NCBI RefSeq assembly: GCF_963921235.1
Contig: NC_086097.1
Coordinates: 152,894,001 to 152,958,000 of the forward strand
Origin: Mobula hypostoma
Taxonomy: Eukaryota
Length of the DNA: 64,000 nucleotides
Direction: 5' to 3'
Shown: positions 36,067 through 47,659 of the stretch, in pieces
Layout of the letters: each line of letters begins with the position of its first letter
Numbering within the stretch: the first letter of the stretch is position 1
The notes under the pieces: model-generated
What the model saw: the letters and a program-made list of their open reading frames with translations, nothing else
What the model was told of the DNA's origin: nothing
The model's database searches: none
Made by a program: the position numbers and the translations under genes

Positions 36067-37359
36067 TTAGTTATTGTAAATTGTTCCATGATTAGGCTAG
36101 GATTAAATCAGAGGATTGCTGGGCAGCATGGCTTGAAGGGCTGGAGGGCCCTATTCTGCACAGTATTTCAATAAGTGAATAAATAAGTAAGTAACTTATA
36201 GAAGCTGCACTTAAATGTATCTGCATTGCCCTTTGTGATGAATATTCACTGTCCAGGTTTGAGGGCCTTTTTGCCAAGCTTAGCTTTATAACACAACAGC
36301 AAATGGCATTTCTAGAGATTAAAGAGTTTTTTTTGAGTAAGTTAAACTTCAAACAATATTCTTTGTTCGACTTTATGTCATAAACGGGAGCCAGTCTTCA
36401 GTTCTTAATTTAAATGCAAGCAATAATCAGCCAGAAGCTAAAAGGACAGCTTTCCAAGCAAACAGCACTGTTTACGGAACACAGGATACTGGCCCACTGC
36501 ATGGGGATGATTGCAGTGTAAAACAATGTGTTTATGTTTATTGGGTTTGTTTGAAACCAGCCAATACTGGATACATTATTTAGCTCAAGAAAGCTTGCAG
36601 ACTAGATTGATACTACTACTTAGCAGATCAAATAGCTGATCTATTGATGGTTTAAAGGTTTGTGCGCTTAGGGAGTCAGTAATCACAGTATTAATTGTGG
36701 GTATCTGAGAAATCTGTACCCAAAAGCCTTTAGACCATCTGTAGGAAAAGGTAATTGAAAAGATACGCATGTCAGCAAAGTCACCCAAGTGGCAAAAAAT
36801 GGTATAAGTGTGAGAGAGCTATCAGGCTTGTTAGGAATGGTCTAGGAACATCAAGATGAATGACAGAAAGATGGGGCAAACTAGAATCTATTCCTCTGCC
36901 TTCAATTTCTGCGATGGATGACTCAGTCATCTGAAACTCAGTATGTCTTTTTAGCATAGGAATTGTATCTGTCTTTTGGAAACCCTATGTGCTTTAGAAA
37001 TTATCTGTAATTTGGATATCTTTTATAATATAGAAAACCTCTGAGTTTTAAGTTGTTGGCCAGAAAAAATGACAGTCTACAGATCAGTGAATTTAAATGA
37101 ATCAAGGACAGTGGAAGCAGACAGATAAGTTGTCTTTGTTCTTGCCTCATGCTTGGGGATGGAGGCTGCCATTTTGTGAAGACACTCTGTTCTCCTCTTT
37201 GTGAGCTTGACAGGCTGGGCTTGATCAACGTTTTAAAGAAAGACACATTGATACTTCAGGTAATCTGTTGGACTGGAGATCATTTCCAAATAAAAAGTTA
37301 TTTATGAGATGTTCTTTGGTTAGATATAACATGCAGGTTTGTGAATGTTGGGGTTGGTG

Positions 37360-38071
37360 GATTGGAGTGATGATAGCAATAGCGACTCCTTAGATAACAT
37401 GTTTGGAAACAGCTCTATTTCCATCTTTAATATCTTTATTTTTCCCTTTCAGGGTTTTTTGAAGACCCTGACCTGGAGTTACACCCTGACTATGGTTCTT
37501 TGCAGGAATGGGCACGGCCTAAGAGTCCAGCTCAGATTTGGAAGCCTAGGATCTTGGGGCTCTATAGACAGGCAGATCGAGGGTCGGTGTCATGACAGCT
37601 GACCCATGTGTCGTTGGGGGAGTTGGAATATCTGCAGTTGTGTGCCTAGTTTTTTGGGTACACAGCTCGAAAAAAGAGTTGTTAGTTATGTCTCCCCGCT
37701 TTCTGGGAAAATGGAGACAACTTTTTCTCTCTTATTAGGGAAACTGAGAAAACCTGTAGTATGTCAATTACCAGGTGAAAGGTGAAATCTTTGGGGCAAG
37801 TGCAAGTCTGTGTCTTTGCTGCTGCTTTGCTTGAGTACTTGGTGGCAGGTGCTGATGCTTTTCTTTTGCCGTTGGGAGAAGGGGGGATTGTTGCTTGTTG
37901 CCACTTACGCGTGGGAGGGGGAAGTTGGGGGGGTACTTTAGGGTTCAAACATTTGACTGTCGTTCATTCTTTGAGACACTCCCCTGTTTTCATGGATGGT
38001 TGTGAAGAAAAAGCATTTCAGGATGTATATTGTATAAATTTCTCTGACATTAAATTGTACCTTTGAAACTT
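37360..38071 (+). mobile_element. Short non-autonomous retroposon inserted in the 5' LTR
   Basis: Absent from the 3' LTR; 6-bp TSD TTGGTG (37354-37359, 38072-38077); ends ATTAAATTGTACCTTTGAAACTTT. Confidence 0.8.
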
Positions 38072-38492
38072 TTGGTGCCTGCCTGGAGTGATTCGACCTC
38101 ATTGCAGATTGAGAACAAAGAGCCATAAATTATCAGCTGTCACTTGATGGGAAGAGGGCAATAAATGGATGCTGGCTTGGGAGCAGAGACAGTAACAATG
38201 TGTTAGAGGACAGATGCATGACCTGTGACCAATAACCCTGGAATGCAATATTTGAATTGATAAGGAATGGATATAAAAGTGGATGCTTCGTGTGTACAGT
38301 GGAAACTTTGAGGAATAGCCATCACAGGTACGAGTGTGAGCAACCCTGTATCAAACACGTGGCAAATGAATGGGGTTAACTAGGAACGTCTGGCCAGCAT
38401 TAACTCCTTTGCCCAGGTAACATCTTTGCTATTCTTTGGCTATTCAGGAGAGTCAGGGATACCTCGTGAGTGTGCACGCAAGTTACTTCGTG

Positions 38493-38726
38493 GATGTCAG
38501 GCTTAAGTTTTTTACGCAGAGAGTGGTGAGTGTGTGGAATGGGCTGCCGCAACCGTGGTGGAGGTGGATACAATAGGGTCTTTTAAGAGACTCCTGGATA
38601 GGTACATAAAGCTTAGAAAAATAGCGGGCTATGGGTAACCCTAGGTAATTTCTAAAGTACGCACATGTTTGGCACAGCATTGTGGGCCAAAGTGCCTGTA
38701 TTGTGCTGTAGGTTTTCTGTGTTTCT
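38493..38726 (+). mobile_element. CR1 3' fragment inserted in the 5' LTR
   Basis: Closely matches 53457-53680; absent from the 3' LTR. Confidence 0.85.
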
Positions 38727-38847
38727 GTGTATGAATTCACACACTCGTTAGTTTAAACAATAAAGGTATCCTGTACTTGTCGGGAAATACAGATCTCTCT
38801 GTGCCTCACTAATCAGCGTTATAAAAAGTTCTTTTTAACAACAGAAT

Positions 38848-38865
38848 TGGCGTCCCTGTTGTGAG
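38848..38865 (+). promoter_or_regulatory. Primer binding site, tRNA-Asn-like
   Basis: TGGCGTCCCTG starts 4 nt after the 5' LTR and is complementary to the 3' end of vertebrate tRNA-Asn(GTT) (...CAGGGACGCCA); the rest is diverged. Confidence 0.7.
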
Positions 38866-38912
38866 CTCAATCGGGGGACTGGGTAGCTACTTGTAGTTAG
38901 CACTGACCCAGG

Positions 38913-40346
38913 TTGAAGAATTCAGGGAGTTCTGTAAGTCTGAAGTACTTGGATTATTTTGATTGGAGGGGATTCCTCCAGAAGTACATATTGGGGAAAT
39001 GGCCACAATACGGGAAGTATGTTGGACACACCAGCGATGAAGGCGGCAACGCTTTTTTAAAAATTGCCAAAGGGAAATTGTCAGACAAGGAATTTAAGCG
39101 ACTACTGAAGCCAGTGCAGTCGTCTGCCTGATTAAGGAGTAAATAGGAAATCGGCAAAAAGCTGACGCCGAGCGAGATAAGTTAGAAGACGAAAACAGAA
39201 GACTCCAAAAGGAGTTAGAAATCCTCAAGGGAAATGTTACAGATTTACAGGGACAAAGAAGTATGGATTTGATGCCTATGAATCTATTTCAGCTGAAATG
39301 TGAGAAATTGGTTGAAGAACAAAGTAAACGGGAAGAAGAAGCTGATTTAGCCAAAAGCCCGGCGGAGGAATAAAAGAAACAGTGCAGTGATTTAAAAACA
39401 GCTTTGAATGTGATACAGAAATCAGTTTCTGAAAAGAGGAGTAATACTAGTGATCAGACAAAGTGTTTAAAGCAGATACAACAGCTGCAGGACCAACTTG
39501 CTGCACAGAGAGGAATAATATGTGCTTTTGAATCTGAAAGAGGGGAGGAGAGTGAATATGTAGATATCGATTGGAATGATTTAGCAGAAGATGCAACTAG
39601 ATATGGCTGTGATAATGACAAAGTGCTTTTTCCTGAGTATCCTCCACCCGCATACAATGCTAAGGAATCATCAGTGCCAACGGCACCACTGGCCCTCCTA
39701 GTTACTGTTTGAGAGGGAGGGAGGAACTGGGGCAGGAAATCAAAAGCAGAATATAACATACAGTACTCCATCTGGTGTACAGCAGCTGAGAGATATTGCC
39801 AATGATATCAAGATTCGTGCGTTCGGAGATGACCCTCGGGAATTGTTTCAAGCAACTAGTCATCAGAGAATAATACACTGCCTAGATGACGCCGAGAAAA
39901 GGAAATTGATTATAATGTGTTTATATCGAAACATACACTTGGCTTTGCCAGACAACAACAATGTGGGGAACAAATGAGCATGGGAAAAGGAGACATAACA
40001 GCCAAATAAACCAGCTAATGTGAAAGTGCTGCCTGTTGTGGGTAAGGCAACTGCCCGGAGAAATGAGAGTAGCGGACCCTCCCCAAATGTCACCCCACCA
40101 CATTGTCAAGTGACCAGGAAAACCAGAGGAGATGAAACAGTGTGGAGAACAGGGAGACTTGGAGGTGGAGTATTTAAATGCTATAACTGTGGTCAAGAGG
40201 GACACATCAAGAGAGAATGTCCAAACCTGAGAAGTGGGAGAGTAGAGCAAGGAGGTTTGAACTTGGAGGGGGCAGATAGAACAGGCCCACAAAACAATGT
40301 GGTGGACAAATTGCCATCTAGGGGATTGTACCCCGAGCTTCAATGA
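38913..40346 (+). pseudogene. gag: gag (frameshifted; capsid region apparently partly deleted)
   Basis: Coiled-coil stretch, PEYPPPAY late-domain-like motif, and CCHC knuckle CYNCGQEGHIKREC. Confidence 0.75.
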
Positions 40347-43300
40347 TGGTGTCAGGCCTCACCAACGTGGGTGTGTGACACAAGGTGGGACAAGACTGGA
40401 AGACCTCTAGTGAATGGTAGGGTTAAAGGCTGCCAGGTTACCTTCTTATGGGGCACTGGAGGATCGTGAATGACCATCAACTTGACTAATGTAACTAACG
40501 CAAATTGGGAAATACAAGGTAAAATTATCTTAAGTGCATTTACAGGACATTCACAAGTGGGTCATGTGAATGCACCCTTAGAAGTTAGAATAGGAGACAT
40601 GGCATTAGAGCATTCTATAGTGCTAGTTGAATTACTCCGGGAGCAGGAACATATACTAAGAATTGATTACATGGCCAGAGCGGGGCTTTGTTTTGACTCA
40701 GTTAACTGTATGATTTAGTGAATGTGAACTGGTATGAATGACATATGCCACAAACAGATCCCAGTAGGTGAATATCAGGATAGAATATGCACAATAGCTG
40801 AAATGTGAATAAAACCAGAGGAGATGAGCAACGATCACACATAGAGTACATCGTTGCGCAGAATTCAGGGGCATTTGCACGGTACAAGCATGACTGCAGA
40901 AAGATGGCCAGCATCATACAAGGTCCAGACCCAAACCACAGGAGCAATATGGGTTTCCAAAAAAGCTGAGGAAGATGTGCGTAAGGTAATACAAGGTTTG
41001 ATACAACATGGGGTACAGAGGACAGTAGCCTCCACTAATAACTCACCTATATGGCCAGTAAGGAAACCAGATGGTAGTTGGAGGTTGACAATAGACTATC
41101 GAGAGCTGAATAAAGTAAACCCGTTAACAGCCCCAACTGTAGCAACTAACCCAGAAACAATGGTCATACAGAATGAAAGAGCGCAATGGTTCACAGTTTT
41201 AGACATAAATAATGGATTTTGGTCTATCCTAGAGAAAGAGAGAGTCAATCAAGTTTGCATTTACGTTTCGGGGAGAGCAGTATATGCGGACTGCCCTAGC
41301 ACAGGGGTTCCATAAATTCCCATCTATGTTTCACCAGCATTTAGGGGAAGGGTTAAAATGGTTTTTAAAGCCTGAGTGCTTGGTCCAATATGTAGATGCA
41401 GACTGCAGACTCCTGCAGACTGAAACTAAGCAGGAACATTATCAGCTATTGACAGAACTGCTGCAATTACTACCTAAAGGTAAATCCTAAAAAAACACAA
41501 GTGATGAAACAAGGAGTTAGTTATTTGGGAATGACCTTGACACAGGGAAGAAGAGAAATTGAAAAACGAAGGGTAGAATCGGTTATGAAACTGCCTATTT
41601 CCCAAGATGTGAAAGGGCTGAAGTCCTTTCTGAGGTTGGTAGGATACAGTAGGGATCACATTGATGGATTTTACACAAAGGCAGTTCCTTTAATGGAGTT
41701 ACTGAAAAAGATTGTGGCGTGGGAATGGAAATCAGAACACACCCAGCCATCACAGACCTGAAGCAAGCATTGGTCACTGCACATGCTTTAAAAACCCCAA
41801 ATTCAAATGAGCCATTCTCATTGGAGGTGGCCACAACTGATACCATCCTCTCAACAATGCTGTCACAGGAGACACATGGAATGTTAAGACCAGTAGCATA
41901 TGCTTCACGCATGCTGCCACCAGTAGAACAGGTGTATACTGTGTGTGAAAAACACTTGTTAGCGGTTTTCTGGGTGTACAAAATTTTGCCTACATAATGG
42001 GATTTAATCCACTTACAATACTGACAGAATGTACCCCTATAAGATTATTGTTAGATGGAAGGATTAAAGATGGCTCAGTAAGCCAAAAAACAGAATTGCT
42101 AGATGAACATTGCTGTTGCAAGGGAGAAATATAACTGTAAAACAAATGAGTATGACCTCTATGTTAGCTGACAGCCTGGTGTACCAAAATGGTAAACTTG
42201 AGTGTCAGGTTATGATAGCAAATGATTCCAAGGGACCATTTGTATCTAAACAAAAAGGAGGGGATAGAAGCAGATGAGACAAAGTAATGCTTGAGAACAA
42301 AGACACAAAGGAGAAGGGAAAACCCTATTTTAAAATTTTTGTAGATGGCTCCTCATCAGTATAGAGGAGACTGGAATATAGAGGAAGAACATGGCCAAGA
42401 AAGATATAGTATAGCTTTAAAGTTACCTAAAGCCATGAGTGCACAGGTAGCGGAATTGGCAGCTGTAGCATACGTGATTAGCCACCCAAAATGTTTTCCA
42501 CCTGGATGGGTCATACACTCTGATAGTATGTTCATTTATAATAGCCTTACAGAACATTGGCCTCTGTGGGAAGCCAGAGGATTTGTTGACCGAAAGCCCC
42601 ACTCATCTGTTGTTCTGTTGAGATATGTATTTGAAGAAGCAAAGGGGAAAAAATATGGAGTTGTAAAGGTGAAAGCCCACTCTAAATCGACCCCTAAGGG
42701 GAATAGGAAGGCTGATGAATTAGCGAAGCAAGGTACTTTAAAAGGGCAGGAAAGGCAGCCACAGATTGGGGAGAAGGGAAGACAGAAGGAAAAAAAGGTT
42801 AAGGTCATAGATTTAACTGAGGAGCAGAAGAAAGATAAAGAATTAGAAAAAAAATAATAGAAGGAGTAGAGTCAAAAATGTATAAAGAGCACAAGGGTAT
42901 ATGTGTTAAAGATGGAGTAGTCCTATATGAAGGAAAGTTTGTGGTCCCAGAAGGAGGAAGAAATCAGATTATCTACTGATACCATGATTTATGGGGACAC
43001 CAAGAAGCTGAAAGCACCCTAGAAAAAATAAAGGAGGTGTGTTGGTGGCCTAGGGTGAAGGACGATGTGGAACATTATGTCAAGAATTGTTTGATTTGTG
43101 CACAATATAATCCTGACAGAAAGGTAAAGAAAGGAGCCCTTCAACATACCAGACTGGTGGAAGGGTCTTGGACTAATTTGCAGAGCGATTATGTTGGACT
43201 CTTGCCACCTACCCCAGGAGGGTATAGCTATATTCTTATAGTAGTAGATACTTTCACCAAGTGGGTGGAAGCTTTTCCAACTAAGACTAACACGGCCAAA

Positions 43301-43990
43301 GCCACTGCAAAAATCTTATTGGAAAGGACTTTTACTGGCTGGGGATTACCTCAGAGTATAGAGTCAGATCAAAGCACACATTTTACAGCTCAGATAATGC
43401 AAGATGTCATAACACTTTTAGGGATTAAGCAGAGATTTCATATACCCTATAGACCACAGTCTAGTGGAATTGTGGAAAGGATGAACCGAATATTAAAAAA
43501 TTTTGATGGCCAAAATGGTGCAACAACATGGAACAACTTGGCAAGTAGTTTTGCCTTATGTACTGATGATGATAAGGAATACAGTGGCATCATTAACGGG
43601 TTATAGTCCTCATAAGCTCATGACCGGAAGAAACATGAGAGGGTTAGAGGGGTTGTTTGGATTTGACTTGTCAGAACCTGAAATTGATGGGATTAAGTCA
43701 GAAAAGTGGGTACAACAGTTGGTAGAGACAGTGAAAGAGGTCAATTATGTGGCAGCCCATCAAACAGGAAAGAAGAAGCAGCAGATTAAAGCCTACTTTG
43801 ACTCAAAAGTCTGTCCCACAGAATTAAGCCCAGGGCAACGTGGTGATTAGAATACACCAACCCACCTCATTTTGAAATCCAAGGTTTGTAGGGCCCTATG
43901 AAATCATAGACAAAGCAAGTCCATCAGTATACAGGGTACTAATTTCTCCAGATAAAAATGGATGGTACCACGTCAACCAGTTGAAATTGG
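40347..43990 (+). pseudogene. pol: pol: protease, RT, tether RNase H, second RNase H, integrase with GPY/F tail
   Basis: FLWGTGG (DTG>GTG); NSPIWPVRKPDGSWRLTIDYRELNK; LAQGFH; LVQYVD; RPVAYASRML..CEKHLLAV; FVDGS..SAQVAELAAV..HSDS..KVKAH..GNRKADELAK; CLIC..DYVGLLP..VDTFTKWVEAFP..SDQSTHF..PQSSGIVERMN; FVGPYEI. Confidence 0.92.
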
Positions 43991-44404
43991 TGGGGGAGAA
44001 ACAGGGAAATTATCATCATCGGCACGAAACAGTTGATGTGCATGATAGTCCCAATTTTGGAGACCTGACAATCGATGTAGTTCTGATTTGGAAGATCTGA
44101 GTTTGGGACAGATTTTCCGAGAAGATGGCAACAGATCTGACCAAGGAAGAGATTATCCATTTTCTCAGTCTGAAAATTAGGTGAGTTTTGTGAAGAAAAT
44201 AAAGAGAAGAAGAAATACACTGGTTCCCCTATCCTGAAATGAAACTGGGTGAGAAAAGATGGAGGTTTGAGTCCAAAGACAATCGTGAGCCTAGATTGGA
44301 TGGGTTAGAAAAACAGATAGAAAATATGGATTTAAAGTAAATGAAGATTGGAACCGGAAATAAGAACAGATATTACCCTTGTGTGTTTACAGATTTAATT
44401 CAAC

Positions 44405-46050
44405 ATGAAGAGAATAATATGTTTTATTGTGGTGAAATTGACCATGACTGGGGCCATGATTGGTTGTACTTCAGCAACATTACTGCAGATGAACATGTCA
44501 AGAATGACTTTGCTATATGAAGACCACTCGGTGATCAAAAACAATTTTTCTCAATGGACACAGGTAACATGGGCACACATGTGGAAGAAACAGAAGACTC
44601 GAATTTGTATTATGCTGGGGTAGATGGCTTGATGTGTATGGATAAAACATTAAAATTCGAGAGGATACAAAGGTACAATTCCCATGTAATAAAATTTTAA
44701 AGGTGACATTGTTTAGTAACCCAGAGGGGATAATCATCAGTCAGTTTTTAGACCCAATTATTGAAGAGTCTTCAGGTGATGATGGCCACAGTAAGATTCC
44801 AGTTCTGTGGGATCACACTCATGTGAATATTGAGTGGGGTAGTGATGTACACAAGAGATATATCAATTGGTGTGGCCACATCAAACGTTTCTCAAAAGTT
44901 GTTTCTATTGTTATAAACTGTCCACAGGAGGATGTAGTACACAGGGAGAGTAGAATGGAAGGGACACCAAGGGACACGGGAAAGAGTTTCTGTCAGGACC
45001 TAAATCCTTTCAGGGTTTTCAAATCTAATAGGAAATTGATCACTCCACAACCCCAATTAACCAAAACTACACAAGAGCCTAAATGAAGTGAGACTCAACA
45101 TAATACAAATGAGATAGGATTAGTGTTAGAAGATACAGGGGAATTTGTCACTTTGGTACCAGCATGTGCAGGTAATTTTTAATTTAACTGAAACAATAGT
45201 GACTGAATGGTGCTCATCTACAACAAAACAATTATTGTCGTCGAGGGGGAAACTACTGATCTTGCCCAGAAGAAATGACGAGACAGAAACCTTTGGATTG
45301 TGGTTTCAATACTTATGAGAGTTGTTCGTTGTCTATTTTGCCTGCGAAGAATGATTCTTTTCTGCATATGCACTGGTGAGAAGAACATATTATATAGCAA
45401 CATCAGCCATGAGTTATACCAAGGGATGGAAAGAGTGTCCTTTGGAAAGTCACAATGTTGCAATTGGGGATGTGACTCTAAATTTGACTATTGGAGGAAA
45501 CTTTGCCTCAATCAGAGATGGAGGAGGTGGTGAAGGAGAATCTAGCAATCCAATGAAGTGGTACACATTGATATTTGTGGGACTGTGTTGTTACTGAGTT
45601 GCCACCGATTGCTCATTTGACTGCAGACCAGACACGAGTTGTGGAGGAGGTAAAGGAGATAATTCATCATTGGACTAAACATACAAAAGTTATTGAGACA
45701 CATGCTGATAAGGCAAATTAAATATTGAAGGATTCAGACTTTCGGGAAGTTTTGAAATTGGGCATCAAATGTTCAAATATACCCATGGGTAAGAATAATC
45801 TCACATGCTGCTATAATATTAATTTTACATACACTGATAACTATATTGTTTAATGTGTATCAACTTAGAAGGTGGAAAGCTGAAATTATGCAAAAGGTAG
45901 AGGGTGATAATTTTCCAGTACTGAAAAAATGATGGCTGGTATAAAAATTGTATAAATTTAGTAAGTAAATGTAATAATGTAAGTGTAGCCCACCTGCTGG
46001 GGATCCATAACAATCCAATGGATAGTCAACAGAATAGAGGAGGATATTGA
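44405..46050 (+). pseudogene. env: env-like glycoprotein gene remnant
   Basis: Hydrophobic N-terminus (MKRIICFIVV), IGLVLEDTGE, Cys-rich CPEE..DCGFNTYESC, a heptad-like stretch, then YPWVRIISHAAIILILHTLITILF followed by RRWK (TM and stop-transfer). Splice-acceptor-like TGTGTTTACAG near 44381-44391. Confidence 0.6.
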
Positions 46051-46074
46051 TCCTTAGAAAAATATCTTTGGATC

Positions 46075-46085
46075 AAGAGGAGGGA
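46075..46085 (+). promoter_or_regulatory. Polypurine tract
   Basis: AAGAGGAGGGA just upstream of the 3' LTR start. Confidence 0.8.
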
Positions 46086-46087
46086 TA

Positions 46088-46917
46088 TGTTGGCCAGAAA
46101 GAATGACAATCTACAAATCTGTGAATTTAAATGAATCAAGGACAGTGAAAGCAGACAGACTAATTGTCTTTGTTCTTGCCGTGCACTTGGGGATGGAGGC
46201 TGCCATTTTGTGAAGTCAGTCTATTCTCCATCTTGTGCGCCTGACATGCTGGGCTTGATCAACGTTTTAAAGAAAGACACAATGATACTTCAGGTAATCT
46301 GTTGGACTGGAGATCATTTCCAAATGAGAAGTTATTTGTGAAATGTTCTTTGGTTGGATATAATATGCAGGTTTGTGAATGTTGGGGTCAGTGCCTGCCT
46401 GGAGTGTTTTGAGCTCGTTGCTGATTGAGAACAAAGGGCCATAAATTATCGACTGTCACTTGATGGGAAGAGGGCAATAAATGGATGCTGACTTGGAGCA
46501 GAGCCAATAACAAGGTGTTAAAGGGCAAATACGTGACCTGTGGCCAATGACGCTGGAATGCGATATTTGAACTGATAAGGAATGGATATAAAAGTGGATG
46601 TTTCGTGTATGCTGGCAGTGGTAACTTCGAAGAATAACCATCACAGATACAAGCGTGAGCAACCCAGCATGAAACACATGACGAGTGAATCGGAATAATG
46701 AGGAAAGCCTGGCCAGAGTAAACTCCTTTGCCCAGGTAATACCTTTTCTATTCTTTGACCATTCAGGAGAGTCAGGGATACCTAATGAGTGTGCACACAA
46801 GGTATTGAGTGTATGAATTCATGTACTTGTTAGTTTAACTAATAAAAGGTGCTTGTCAGTAAATACAGATCTCTCTATGCCTTACTAATCATCAATAAAA
46901 AGTATTGTTTTACAACA
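46088..46917 (+). repeat. 3' LTR (830 bp)
   Basis: TGTTGGCCAGAAA...TACAACA; TATAAAA near 46587 and AATAAA near 46841. Confidence 0.92.
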
Positions 46918-47309
46918 GAGTATTTCATCTAAATTTAAATGTGTATCACTCAAAATAAATTAACTGCGTTTGCAGTTGTTTGTTCGCTAGAAGTATCTCC
47001 TCCTTGGTAAACTTGCCATGGAGGATAAACAGGGAAGTGATCTGGCCTTTGAAGAGTAGGTGGCTACAGTATAACCTCCTTTTAGTGAGAGTACCTATAA
47101 CTATCTGAATCAGAGAGGGCTTAAAATCTTCACTTGAGTTTAGAACTTCAAGGCAGCAAACCCAATATAATCACAACAGGAAATTAAGCTTATTGAGATT
47201 GCAATGATGTAACAATTAAATTTTAAACAGTACATTAAACAATAGTCTCAGAACTCCACTGACCTGAGTTTGATCCTGACCTGGGTATAGACTATGTGAA
47301 GTTTACAAA

Positions 47310-47630
47310 GACCAGATGACCATAAGACATAGGAGCAGAATTAGGCCATTTGGCTTATTGAGTCTGTTCCAGCATTCCATCATGACTGATTTATTATCCC
47401 TCTCAACTCCATTTTCCTACCTTCTCCCTACAGCCTTTGATGTCACTACTAATCATGAACTTATCAACTTATCGACCTCCACTTTAAATATACCCAACAG
47501 CTTCTACAGATTCACCACCCTCTGACTAAAGAAATTCTTCTTCATCTCTGTTCTATAGGGACACCCAGAGCTATGCCCTCTGGGCCTAGACTCCCCTACT
47601 GCAGGAAACATCCTCTCCACATCCACTTTC
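47310..47630 (-). mobile_element. CR1 3' fragment nested in a SINE remnant
   Basis: GACCATAAGACATAGGAGCAGAATTAGGCC tail region and a minus-strand FFSQRVVNL motif. Confidence 0.75.
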
Positions 47631-47659
47631 ACTCTAATTAGAATACAATTTTATTTTCA

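Larger units (their letters stand above)
32985..36192 (+). mobile_element. SINE remnant split by the CR1 insertion (32985-33060 and 36067-36192)
   Basis: GTGGGTTTCCTC...GGTAGGTTAATTAGTTA|TTGTAAATTG...; same family as 50655-50800 and 56210-56500. Confidence 0.65.
37054..38843 (+). repeat. 5' LTR, carrying two secondary insertions
   Basis: TGTTGGCCAGAAA...TAACAACA; colinear with 46088-46917 once 37360-38071 and ~38493-38726 are removed. Confidence 0.9.
37054..46917 (+). mobile_element. Decayed endogenous retrovirus-like provirus (lokiretrovirus-like): LTR-gag-pol-env-LTR
   Basis: Paired TG...CA LTRs, PBS, PPT, Gag zinc knuckle, PR, RT, two RNase H domains, integrase and env-like region; flanks AAGT/GAGT. 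Confidence 0.85.

Noticed and set aside
37054..46917. Classification as a foamy virus or an ordinary Gypsy element
   Set aside because: The Gag CCHC knuckle and in-frame gag-pol junction argue against foamy viruses; the second RNase H and env-like gene argue against plain Gypsy. Phylogeny is still needed.
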